A stretch of DNA of 63,416 nucleotides, counting the filler, from Craspedostauros australis (Eukaryota), in NCBI GenBank assembly GCA_030167865.1. It is 12 parts of 12 records of this genome, joined end to end, with 100 filler letters (N's around TTAATTAATTAA, not from the genome) between each part and the next. Parts side by side here need not be neighbours in the genome. Positions count along the whole stretch, not along the records: positions 1 to 8,273 come from JALAGF010003383.1; positions 8,374 to 14,174 come from JALAGF010003384.1; 10 more parts are not named here. One strand, given 5' to 3'. The notes under the pieces were generated by a model. It ran no database searches. It saw only the letters and a program-made list of their open reading frames with translations, and was not told where the DNA came from. The translations under genes were made by a program, and so were the position numbers. Shown piece after piece: positions 1 to 11,300 of the stretch; within the stretch, counting starts at the first letter, position 1; every line of letters starts with the position of its first letter.

Positions 1-486
1 GTACCATGCTGCGCACCATCACGTCTCCAAAGTCTCTCCCCTTCAACCTTCACGTGGAGCAGATGGCGCAGGAGATCCTGGATGTGCCGACCGCCGGCGT
101 CCAGCCCACGGCTCATCGCGTCAGCACTCGTTCCGGACGAGGGTGGCTCCGATCGCGAGCGTTCGCGTCGCCCCACCAACGCTTTCTACAAACCAGACCC
201 TGATGCGTTCTGCCCCGCTTGTTGCTCCATGGGACATGGCCCTGCCACATGCAAGGCTTTTGGACGTGCTTCTCACATGCAGCACTACATCCAAGAGCAC
301 CCCAAGGAGGTTGAGACCATCCAGAACAATTTCCGCACTCACTTCAGCCGCGACAAGCGCAAGGCCACCGCGCGTGCTCTCCAGCGTTTTGGCGACCGTG
401 GTGACGAGCACTGGGTCGACTTGCTCCTTTCGCCCGACGTGGAGGAGTCTTTGGACCAGGATTTTTGGTCTGCCGGTCAGGGATAG
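1..486 (+). CDS. gag: Copia gag, C-terminal part with CCHC zinc knuckle (5' end outside contig)
   Basis: ORF 82..486 contains Cx2Cx4Hx4C and stops at TAG 484-486, overlapping the start of the pol frame. Confidence 0.8.
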   Translation, partial: VPCCAPSRLQSLSPSTFTWSRWRRRSWMCRPPASSPRLIASALVPDEGGSDRERSRRPTNAFYKPDPDAFCPACCSMGHGPATCKAFGRASHMQHYIQEHPKEVETIQNNFRTHFSRDKRKATARALQRFGDRGDEHWVDLLLSPDVEESLDQDFWSAGQG

Positions 487-506
487 GTGCAACCCCTGAT
501 GAGCAG
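459..506 (+). promoter_or_regulatory. Putative -1 ribosomal frameshift signal (G GAT TTT plus downstream hairpin); same signal at 8832..8879
   Basis: GGATTTT at 459-465 is in gag phase and pol is in the -1 frame. CTGC(470-473)/GCAG(503-506) and TCAGGG(477-482)/CCCTGA(494-499) can pair. Confidence 0.65.
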
Positions 507-3500
507 CAGAATCCTCTCACGCGTGGTAGCGGGGTGCTTGCAGGTCGTCGTCACGATGAGGCATCCTTGCTTGCACTACCTGCACCGCCCGACACAATAC
601 CCTGCAAGATGGTGCGTGTCGAGCTACTGCCGGTGTGTCTGGTGCGTGCAGCTGCTGTTGTTGATAGCAACGTGCACCTGTGGGACCCCAGCAATGGAAT
701 CGAACAGTGCGATCCCGGTGCCAACGTCAGCGCTACTCCCGACCGCTCCATCATACAGGCATGCCAGTCCTACGATAATCCGGTGCCCCTGGCAGCCGCC
801 AATGCGAGCGCTGCGTGCATGATGTGCCCTGGCATTGGCATCTTGGCAATCCCCATTTCCGATGGCAGTCATATTCGGGCTGTCACACTGTATTGCCCAG
901 AGCTCACTGTGACATTGATTTCTCCGCAGGCCATTGTGCGGCAAGGGGACAATCCGTTCCATTGGTACGTCCTGGACGATAGCCCCAACGGCGCGATCCT
1001 CACCTTTCAGGGCCCGACAGGTTCCGTGAGCACATCCATGCGGCGGCACAACGGCCTCTACTACTTTGCAGCGGAGCATGGCGTGCAACCCGCGGCATTC
1101 GCTGTGCAGAGCGCTTCATCGGCACTGCAAGCGGAGCTTTGGCACATGAGGCTCGGGAATGCTGGCATGCATCAACTGCAACAGCTGCCAGCGCACTGCT
1201 CCGGTGTACCCAGTGGCCTTGCCAAGGGCACGCATCCGTTGCGACACTGTTCCGTGTGCGACCAAGCCCGGCGGATCAAGGCCACTCGAGGGCATACGGA
1301 TTCCGATCCGATACCCATTGCTGGTGCTCACTTCCATGCTGACTACGGATTCATGCGGTCGTTGGACCAGCACTATGGCAGAGACTCGTCCCGCAATTCC
1401 ACCAAGACACATCGGGTGGTGTAGTCCATTGAAGGCTTCACTTCATATCCCCTTGTCACTGATGCCTACACCAGGTACACCTGGGTATTTCCTACCAAGA
1501 CCAGGTCTCTGCCTGTGAACATCTTTACCAACCTCCTTCGGGAATTTGGATGCAAAGACGGTTGCGAGGCGGTGAGAGTGGACTCTGGAGGCGAGCTCGC
1601 GCGGTCTGGTGCTTTCCAAACCGCCATCCAATCGGCCGGCCACACTCTTGAGCTCACCAGGGCTGGGTGCTCATGGATGAATGGCAAAGTCAAGCGGCTC
1701 AATCGGACGTTCGGTGTGATGACGAGGTCGCTGCTGTATGCTTCAGGGTTGCATCCCAAGTTCTGGGCACGTGCCCTTACTCATGTGGTGTACATCAAGA
1801 ATCGGTTGTGGCATTCGAGCATCGACACCACTCCATACCAGCTCCAACATGGTGTCCAACCCAATCTTCGACACCTGCACGTGTTCGGCTCCAGAGTGAT
1901 TGTACGCAAACCGGGGTATCCAGCCGCGAAACTGGACGTCCACACGTACGATGGCATTTTTGTCGGCTACACTGCGACACCCACGATCCATGACTACTAC
2001 GACTTGGATTCAGGGCGCATCAAATCGGCAGGCAATCTCATCTTTGATGAGGCGCACTTCTCTGCTCATGAACGTCCGCTGGAGCCGCAACTCCTTTTTG
2101 ATCTCGGGCTCCAGCTGGATCATGGAGGCACCGATGAACAACTCCCAGATCCCATGAAAGCCAAGGCCAGTGACATGAGTCTTCCGGTCGAGTGCGCCCG
2201 CCCTGTCACGTATGATGACAATGCTCTACATGCAGTGGCGGCAGCGTGCTCTACTGATGGAGTCGAGAGTCCCAATATCGTTCACATGACAGGAGATCCG
2301 TACGAGCGAGCGTTTCAACAGCGCCTCGTCCTTTCCGGCGACGATCCCACCGCAGGTCTGGAGTTCCAACATGATGAGCTATGCGGCAGATTGCAGCTCA
2401 AGGTGTGCAAGCCCGGCTCGGTTTCGGCGCGCATCCCAAGGTGGAGGTCCAGACTCAAGGGGTTGTATCTACTCGCCATTGACGCGCGTGAGATTTACTC
2501 TGTGCAGGATGTCGTGCAGGCCATACGTGATGCCCCGTCAGCAGGGTCGGGACGCATGCGATGCTGTGTTCGCCTTTGATGATATTCGCAATTCTCTCAC
2601 GCAGCATGGCGTCCCGCAGCTGTATTTTGATCAACTTCGGCACGTGGGGTCCATTCTCAGCGATATTGCCAATGGCGCATCCTTTGGATGCACCGCCCAA
2701 GCTAACTCAGCGACATCTTCTTCAACGCGACGATTGGGACGAGTGGCAACAGGCGGAGTACAAGCAGCTGGATCAATACCAACATCAAGGCATGTTTGGC
2801 GATCCTATTGAGCCACCGCGGGATGTGGCAATCTTCGACTGGGTCTGGGTCTATGTCATCAAGGCACATGAGAACAACCGCAAGAAAGCTCGCGCCATGT
2901 GCGATGGATCAACCCATGGTGGCAGTGTACGCGTCTTTGGTCACACCTACGCGGCGACCCCAGACCTCACCGAGTTTCGCATCCTCGTTGCCATTGCTGC
3001 AGTGCAAGGACTGCTGGTGTATGGAGCTGACGTTGCCAATGCATTGCGGAGGCGCCTGCCAGTGCGCAGAGATACTACATGCGGGCGGATGATCAATTTT
3101 GCAACTGGTGGCAACACAAGTATGGCAAAGTTCTGGACCGACACGTGGTGGTACCCGTTCTCAATAATCTCCAGGGCCATCCTGAAGCGCCCAGACAGTG
3201 GAGTCTACATGTCAACCGCCTTCTCAAGGACATGGGCTTCACTGCCACTACGCAAGCGCCGTGTTTGTACACTGGTGAGCTGTGCCAGAACAAAGTCTAC
3301 GTACTTCGGCAGGTGGATGATTTTGCAGTGGCAGCACGCGATGAGGCTTCGTACACAAGATTCTGTGACATGCTCAATGCTCGTCTGAATCAGCCCATCA
3401 CTCGGCACGGTCTCTTCGCACATTACAATGGACTGGATCTCATCCAGGCGCGGCGGCACACGACGGTGCACTGCTCTACCTACATTGACAAGGTGCTGGA

Positions 3501-4413
3501 ACGGCACGATTGGCAAGGGCTGAAGTCTTCGCAACGCCTCCCCATGCGAGCGGATAATGGGCACGTGCGCCAGTTGGATCAGGCTGTTCTGCCTGACTCA
3601 GATACCGAGCGGCAACGTCTGCAGTCCGAGTTCTTCAACTACCGACAGGCCATTGGCGAGCTTACATGGGCCATGGTTTCGTGTCGGTCTGACATATCGT
3701 TCCCGGTGGTCAAGCTGAGTCAGTTCTCCATGAACCCTGCACGTGCACACTACGAAGCCGTCAAGTATCTTTTTTGGTACATTGCGGCCACCAGGGAGTT
3801 TGGTGTCACATATTGGCGACAGTCCCCTCTCATGCAGCTTGCGGATGTTCCCAACCCGCGACAGCTGTCCCCTGCTGACGACAAGCGTCACAACACGACG
3901 GATCAGGCTACTATCCAGGCAACTTCTCTGTATGCCTACATGGATGCTGATTGGGGTGCCGACACCAAGCATCGTCGGTCTACCAGCAGCATTGCTTTCC
4001 TTCTAGGTGGCGCAGCTGTCGCATGGAAGACTCGAGTGCAGCCTACTGTCTCTCTCAGCACATCCGAGGTCGAGTTCCTTGCCGCCAGCGATGCTGGAAA
4101 GATGGCACTCTGGCTTCGGTCTATTCTTGATGAGATTGGCGTTGCGCAGAAGCATGCAACGCTCATCTACAAGGACAATCGAGGTGCGAGAATGATGGTT
4201 AACGCCAACCAGCCGACACGGAACTCCAGGCACATTGACATACGCACATTTGCCGTCAGCGATTGGGTGGACAGAGATCTTATCCTGATAACCAACGTGC
4301 CTTCGGACCTCAATGCTTCAGACGTGTGCACCAAACAGACGCCAGTGGTTCTGTTCTATTGGCATACGGATCTGCTCATGGGACGCATACCGCCTTTCTA
4401 CGTTCACCAGTGA
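465..4413 (+). pseudogene. pol: Copia pol (PR-IN-PDZ-like-RT-RNase H), disrupted
   Basis: Split over ORFs 465..1424, 1515..2579, 2371..2811, 2561..3388 and 3079..4413. In-frame TAG at 1422-1424; frameshifts near 2545, 2680 and 3045; integrase catalytic Glu replaced by Lys (AAG 1692-1694). Confidence 0.92.
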
Positions 4414-4649
4414 GTGCTCCCCATGGAGTGTGGTGATGCCTGTCTTCTCTACAACAGAGTCGATTCTTTTCGCTAGCTTACGCTAGTGCGTGTGTGTGTG
4501 GGGGGGGGGGGAGGCATCTGTACACCCGTACGATGACAGACGTCATCATCAGCAGCAGCGAACACAACAAAAGTCATCACCATTCTGTGGCCATAAATCC
4601 ATCATTAGCACCAAAGCACACACATCACTCTCTCACGATACTGACACTA

Positions 4650-5975
4650 ACTACTGCAAGTATTGCCCCAACTAACCCTAACTGATACAAATTCATCACC
4701 CATTCATCCTTGATACAAATTCATCACACATTAACACCCTAGCCCTTGATACAAGTTCATCACTCACCAAACAACACACATTGGCTGATTTCTATTCCTA
4801 TACCCCACCCCCAACCATGCAACTAACTCCTAAAAGTATTGCCGACGCAACCCTTGATACAAATTCATCACAGATTAACCCTTGATACTTATTCATCACA
4901 CATTAACACCCTAACTCTTGCCATCACTCACCAAACAACACACATTGGCCAATATCTATTCCTATACCCCACCCCCAACCAACCAACTAACTGCTACAAG
5001 TATTGCCCTAACTAACCCTTGATACAAATTCATCACATACTAACCCTTGATACAAATTCATAACACCCTGACCCTTTCCGTCACTCATGGCACAACACAC
5101 ATTGGCCGATATCTATTCCTATACCCCACCCCCAACCACCCAACTAACTCCTGAAAGTATTGCCCAAACTAACCCTTGATACAAGTTCATCACACATTAA
5201 CCCTTGATACAATTCATCACACATTAACACCCTAACACCCTAACCCTTACCATCACTCACCAAACAACACACATTGGCTGATTTCTATTCCTATACCCCA
5301 CCCCCAACCACGCAACTAACTCCTAAAAGTATTGCCGACGCAACCCTTGATACAAATTCATCACAGATTAACCCTTGATACTTATTCATCACACATTAAC
5401 ACCCTAACTCTTGCCAGCACTCACCAAACAACACACATTGGCCAATATCTATTCCTATACCCCACCCCCAACCAACCAACTAACTGCTACAAGTATTGCC
5501 CAAACTAACCCTTGATACAAATTCATCACATACTAACCCTTGATACAAATTCAGAACACCCTGACCCTTACCATCACTCACCATACCACACATATAGGCC
5601 AAAATCTATTCCTATACCCCACCCCCAACCATGCAACTAACTCCTAAAAGTAGCGCGCAACCTAACCCTTGATACATATTCATCACCCATTAACCCTTGC
5701 CATCACTCACCATACAACACACATTGGCTGATTTCTATTCCTATACCCCACCCCCAACCGCGCAACTGACTCCTGCAAGTATCGCCTAACCTAACCCTTG
5801 ATACAAATTCATCACACATTAACCCTTGATACAAATTAATCACACATTAACACACATTGGCCGATATCTATTCCTATACCCCACCCCCAACCGCGCAACT
5901 GACTCCTGCAAGTATCGCCTAACCTAACCCTTGATAGAAATTCATTGCACCCTAGCACCCTAACACCCAAACATG
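4650..5975. repeat. Complex satellite (unit about 130-170 bp) with telomere-like CCCTAA/TAACCCT motifs
   Basis: CTATTCCTATACCCCACCCCCAACC recurs about 8 times. Sub-repeat TAACCCTTGATACAAATTCATCACACAT. Higher-order duplication with a period of about 490 bp. Confidence 0.9.
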
Positions 5976-6029
5976 CAGTGAACAGAAATTACCATCAGTC
6001 ACCACACAAAAACACTGTCCGATATCCAT

Positions 6030-6128
6030 CTCAGACACTCACACACACTCGCACACACTCGCACACACTCGCACACACTTGCACACACTCGCACACACTC
6101 GCACACACTCGCACACACTCACACACAT
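6030..6128. repeat. (CACACACTCG)n 10-bp tandem repeat
   Basis: About 9 copies read directly from the sequence. Confidence 0.9.
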
Positions 6129-6271
6129 AGTTGGAACACACTGTGAAACGGCTGACATACTCTCATTACAATTCCATTAGCCATACACAACTTGTACGCT
6201 CAAATGGAATGCACAGCAACGGCCATCAATCACCACACATCACACAAAAGCAAACACTGGCCAATATCCAT

Positions 6272-6326
6272 CCACAGCCCATGGACACAGCCCATGGACA
6301 CAGCCCATGGACACAGCCCATTGACA
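6272..6326. repeat. (CACAGCCCATGGA)n 13-bp tandem repeat
   Basis: About 4 copies read directly from the sequence. Confidence 0.85.
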
Positions 6327-6638
6327 CACCCCACATTCCTTGAACACTGTCAGCACGGTTCACATGTCGTTATGCAAGCCACACACACACACATCTCACA
6401 CACCCAAAAATGCAATGTACAGAAATTGCCATCACTTGCCACACAACACACACTTTCAGCCACTTCCGGCTTCTCTCTCTCTCTCTCTCTCTCTCAACAC
6501 CTCTGATCGCTGTAGTCACACATCCAACAACGGCAGGAGACGTCCCACACCACGCATGACATGGCAGGAGCGTGGCACATATGGCTGCCAACTCCATGAT
6601 GCTCATTGCTACTGCCACACTCAAAGACTGATCATGAT

Positions 6639-7980
6639 ATGCCTTCCTTCCTTCCTGCCCATCCTGCTGTGGTGAATCCATACTGCAGTGGTGCTGCCAA
6701 CAGTGGCATTGTCATCAACAATGATAGCTGCTGTGATGGTGCCAACAATGCCAACGACACAGGCAATTGTGGTGCCACCAACCAGACCACTGATGCTGAT
6801 ACTGCTGCTCCCCCCCAGCAGCTCACGCCCCCTCCTCCACCTGTCCCTGAGGCAGCCGCGGTGCCAACAGCCGCTCCTGTTCCCACTGACTCTATGTGGA
6901 GGTCCCTCCTGCACCTGAGGGATCCAATCCTGCTCGATCCAAGGCTGCCACCACTGCCAGAGCCTCTCCGTTGCTATGATGGGCCTGTGCTCGCTCCTGA
7001 CAACGTTGTGACTCCTGACAAGGGTGCAGATCTCCCTGGCTATTCCGTACCTCCTGCAGATGTCGAGCTGGATCAGGTGTACGGCGACCACGCCCACAAC
7101 AATGACAACAATGACGGCTCCCACCTCCATGGTGGTGTTGGCGGAGATGCTGTGTGGCAGCAGTGCTGGGCTTGCATCGTCGTTGCATTCTCCCCACAAC
7201 AATACTTGGTCCCACATTGTTGCATTGGTCACAGATTCCTTCACCTCCTCTCTCTCTCTCTGGAGCTCAGGGGGATTCGCGACTGGCTGTGGAACTCAGA
7301 GAAACTGCTGTTGCCTGCGGCAGTGGCTCTCCAGACCACCCCTGGTGTGTGTGGCCGCAGCAATGTCCGGAAGTGGCTGCCCTCTTGCATGGATTTGTGG
7401 GAGACCAGCAAGTTTGCCATGCTGGTCGAGGCCACCGAGCCAGAGCTGCGCCAGCATGCCATTCTATCTGGTGGCACCCGCAACGATGCGCCACATGCCC
7501 GTGCCTTCAAGTCAAAGGTTCTCTCTGGTTGTCTGCATATGCTGCGGTTCGCACCTTCACACACATCTTGTGAAGGTGGTGATCTCCTCTTGCCAGCAGA
7601 AATCGACACCAAGTCTGGTCTGCCCGTGGAGGAGACACTGAGACTCAGGCATCCTGTCATGTCATACGTGATCCTGACATCAGTGGCAACGGGACAAGAG
7701 CATTCGAGCCATATGACGGTCCTGCTCCCACCCCTGTCCCTGTCAAGATCACCAAATGAGGTGGTTGGATCAGTTGCTTGCAAACTCTCCGGGGAGGCTG
7801 GTCCGGTCCAGGCGGTCTTGATGCTGTCCATCTGGGAAACTGGTTCCTGCGGTTTTGGCAGCAAGTCCAAGCATCTCCGCAAGGAGGTTGCTGCTTGGAC
7901 CAACTGGCTCTCCAACTCCCATCCTCCATGGGCTGCCTACCGCGCCATGATGCCATGCCGCCTCATTGCTCTGGACAGGC
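6639..7980 (+). mobile_element. Decayed CRE-like non-LTR retrotransposon fragment (region just upstream of the RT core)
   Basis: VYGDHAHNND..GSHLHGGV..DAVWQ, WNSEK, DTKSGLPVEETLRLRHP, KLSGEAGP / GGLDAVHLGNWFLRF (other frame), WLSNSHPPWAAYRAMMPCRLIALD. These resemble the lead-in to the 'ALDKxPGVRPIGIGE' RT motif of CRE-clade elements. Frameshifted, and cut off right before the RT. Confidence 0.75.
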
Positions 7981-8273
7981 GAAAGAGACGCGTCGAAGAT
8001 GTTCAAGACTCCGAACCTGGACAGAGGGCATCTTTTGTGTTAATTTCTACTGGAGCATCGGCAGTTTTCCAGCATGCCGAAATATGTGGTGTGGCAGGTG
8101 CTATTGCTATACTTCGGACAACCACCTTGGCTTTCATCACTTCCATCTTCAAGACGGCAACACAAAACGCAAGCGATCTGGACAAGAGAATGTTGATCAG
8201 CTGGGGTGCCAGAAGCGTTGATCGTGCAGCATACAGCCAAGCACGCGATGGTGACCACCTACTGATTCCTTTC

Positions 8274-8373
8274 NNNNNNNNNNNNNNNNNNNNNNNNNNN
8301 NNNNNNNNNNNNNNNNNTTAATTAATTAANNNNNNNNNNNNNNNNNNNNNNNNNNNNNNNNNNNNNNNNNNNN
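8274..8373. other. Artificial contig spacer N44-TTAATTAATTAA-N44 (also 14175-14274, 20943-21042, 25602-25701, 30380-30479, 36092-36191, 38529-38628, 42779-42878, 47767-47866, 54562-54661, 60268-60367)
   Basis: The same 100-bp unit occurs 11 times; the 12-mer gives stop codons in all six frames. Confidence 0.99.
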
Positions 8374-11300
8374 GTACCATGCTGCGCACCATCACGTCTC
8401 CAAAGTCTCTCCCCTTCAACCTTCACGTGGAGCAGATGGCGCAGGAGATCCTGGATGTGCCGACCGCCGGCGTCCAGCCCACGGCTCATCGCGTCAGCAC
8501 TCGTTCCGGACGAGGGTGGCTCCGATCGCGAGCGTTCGCGTCGCCCCACCAACGCTTTCTACAAACCAGACCCTGATGCGTTCTGCCCCGCTTGTTGCTC
8601 CATGGGACATGGCCCTGCCACATGCAAGGCTTTTGGACGTGCTTCTCACATGCAGCACTACATCCAAGAGCACCCCAAGGAGGTTGAGACCATCCAGAAC
8701 AATTTCCGCACTCACTTCAGCCGCGACAAGCGCAAGGCCACCGCGCGTGCTCTCCAGCGTTTTGGCGACCGTGGTGACGAGCACTGGGTCGACTTGCTCC
8801 TTTCGCCCGACGTGGAGGAGTCTTTGGACCAGGATTTTTGGTCTGCCGGTCAGGGATAGGTGCAACCCCTGATGAGCAGCAGAATCCTCTCACGCGTGGT
8901 AGCGGGGTGCTTGCAGGTCGTCGTCACGATGAGGCATCCTTGCTTGCACTACCTGCACCGCCCGACACAATACCCTGCAAGATGGTGCGTGTCGAGCTAC
9001 TGCCGGTGTGTCTGGTGCGTGCAGCTGCTGTTGTTGATAGCAACGTGCACCTGTGGGACCCCAGCAATGGAATCGAACAGTGCGATCCCGGTGCCAACGT
9101 CAGCGCTACTCCCGACCGCTCCATCATACAGGCATGCCAGTCCTACGATAATCCGGTGCCCCTGGCAGCCGCCAATGCGAGCGCTGCGTGCATGATGTGC
9201 CCTGGCATTGGCATCTTGGCAATCCCCATTTCCGATGGCAGTCATATTCGGGCTGTCACACTGTATTGCCCAGAGCTCACTGTGACATTGATTTCTCCGC
9301 AGGCCATTGTGCGGCAAGGGGACAATCCGTTCCATTGGTACGTCCTGGACGATAGCCCCAACGGCGCGATCCTCACCTTTCAGGGCCCGACAGGTTCCGT
9401 GAGCACATCCATGCGGCGGCACAACGGCCTCTACTACTTTGCAGCGGAGCATGGCGTGCAACCCGCGGCATTCGCTGTGCAGAGCGCTTCATCGGCACTG
9501 CAAGCGGAGCTTTGGCACATGAGGCTCGGGAATGCTGGCATGCATCAACTGCAACAGCTGCCAGCGCACTGCTCCGGTGTACCCAGTGGCCTTGCCAAGG
9601 GCACGCATCCGTTGCGACACTGTTCCGTGTGCGACCAAGCCCGGCGGATCAAGGCCACTCGAGGGCATACGGATTCCGATCCGATACCCATTGCTGGTGC
9701 TCACTTCCATGCTGACTACGGATTCATGCGGTCGTTGGACCAGCACTATGGCAGAGACTCGTCCCGCAATTCCACCAAGACACATCGGGTGGTGTAGTCC
9801 ATTGAAGGCTTCACTTCATATCCCCTTGTCACTGATGCCTACACCAGGTACACCTGGGTATTTCCTACCAAGACCAGGTCTCTGCCTGTGAACATCTTTA
9901 CCAACCTCCTTCGGGAATTTGGATGCAAAGACGGTTGCGAGGCGGTGAGAGTGGACTCTGGAGGCGAGCTCGCGCGGTCTGGTGCTTTCCAAACCGCCAT
10001 CCAATCGGCCGGCCACACTCTTGAGCTCACCAGGGCTGGGTGCTCATGGATGAATGGCAAAGTCAAGCGGCTCAATCGGACGTTCGGTGTGATGACGAGG
10101 TCGCTGCTGTATGCTTCAGGGTTGCATCCCAAGTTCTGGGCACGTGCCCTTACTCATGTGGTGTACATCAAGAATCGGTTGTGGCATTCGAGCATCGACA
10201 CCACTCCATACCAGCTCCAACATGGTGTCCAACCCAATCTTCGACACCTGCACGTGTTCGGCTCCAGAGTGATTGTACGCAAACCGGGGTATCCAGCCGC
10301 GAAACTGGACGTCCACACGTACGATGGCATTTTTGTCGGCTACACTGCGACACCCACGATCCATGACTACTACGACTTGGATTCAGGGCGCATCAAATCG
10401 GCAGGCAATCTCATCTTTGATGAGGCGCACTTCTCTGCTCATGAACGTCCGCTGGAGCCGCAACTCCTTTTTGATCTCGGGCTCCAGCTGGATCATGGAG
10501 GCACCGATGAACAACTCCCAGATCCCATGAAAGCCAAGGCCAGTGACATGAGTCTTCCGGTCGAGTGCGCCCGCCCTGTCACGTATGATGACAATGCTCT
10601 ACATGCAGTGGCGGCAGCGTGCTCTACTGATGGAGTCGAGAGTCCCAATATCGTTCACATGACAGGAGATCCGTACGAGCGAGCGTTTCAACAGCGCCTC
10701 GTCCTTTCCGGCGACGATCCCACCGCAGGTCTGGAGTTCCAACATGATGAGCTATGCGGCAGATTGCAGCTCAAGGTGTGCAAGCCCGGCTCGGTTTCGG
10801 CGCGCATCCCAAGGTGGAGGTCCAGACTCAAGGGGTTGTATCTACTCGCCATTGACGCGCGTGAGATTTACTCTGTGCAGGATGTCGTGCAGGCCATACG
10901 TGATGCCCCGTCAGCAGGGTCGGGACGCATGCGATGCTGTGTTCGCCTTTGATGATATTCGCAATTCTCTCACGCAGCATGGCGTCCCGCAGCTGTATTT
11001 TGATCAACTTCGGCACGTGGGGTCCATTCTCAGCGATATTGCCAATGGCGCATCCTTTGGATGCACCGCCCAAGCTAACTCAGCGACATCTTCTTCAACG
11101 CGACGATTGGGACGAGTGGCAACAGGCGGAGTACAAGCAGCTGGATCAATACCAACATCAAGGCATGTTTGGCGATCCTATTGAGCCACCGCGGGATGTG
11201 GCAATCTTCGACTGGGTCTGGGTCTATGTCATCAAGGCACATGAGAACAACCGCAAGAAAGCTCGCGCCATGTGCGATGGATCAACCCATGGTGGCAGTG

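Larger units (their letters stand above)
1..4512 (+). mobile_element. Ty1/copia LTR retrotransposon (CoDi-like), decayed, 5'-incomplete; copy 1
   Basis: Domain order gag-PR-IN-RT-RH. Gag knuckle CPACCSMGHGPATC; protease CDPGANVSAT; AELWHMRLG...CSVC; integrase FHADYGF / RVDSGGE / NGKVKRLNRT; RT KARAMCDGS, LQGHPEAPRQW, LRQVDDFAVA; RNase H YMDADWG, NASDVCTK. G-rich polypurine tract at about 4500-4512. Confidence 0.95.

Noticed and set aside
4790..5895. CRISPR array (conserved 25-bp motif with variable spacing)
   Set aside because: The intervening sequences are over 100 bp and related to each other, there are no cas genes, and the context is eukaryotic. It is a satellite.
6606..8321. A single 571-aa protein
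   Set aside because: It is a chimera of a satellite edge, a frameshifted retroposon fragment, unrelated sequence after about 7980, and the N linker.
8318..8329. Recurrent palindromic TTAATTAATTAA as a biological motif
   Set aside because: It is always centred in 88 Ns, so it is a synthetic six-frame stop linker. ORFs running into X tracts are artefacts, and adjacency across linkers is not real synteny.
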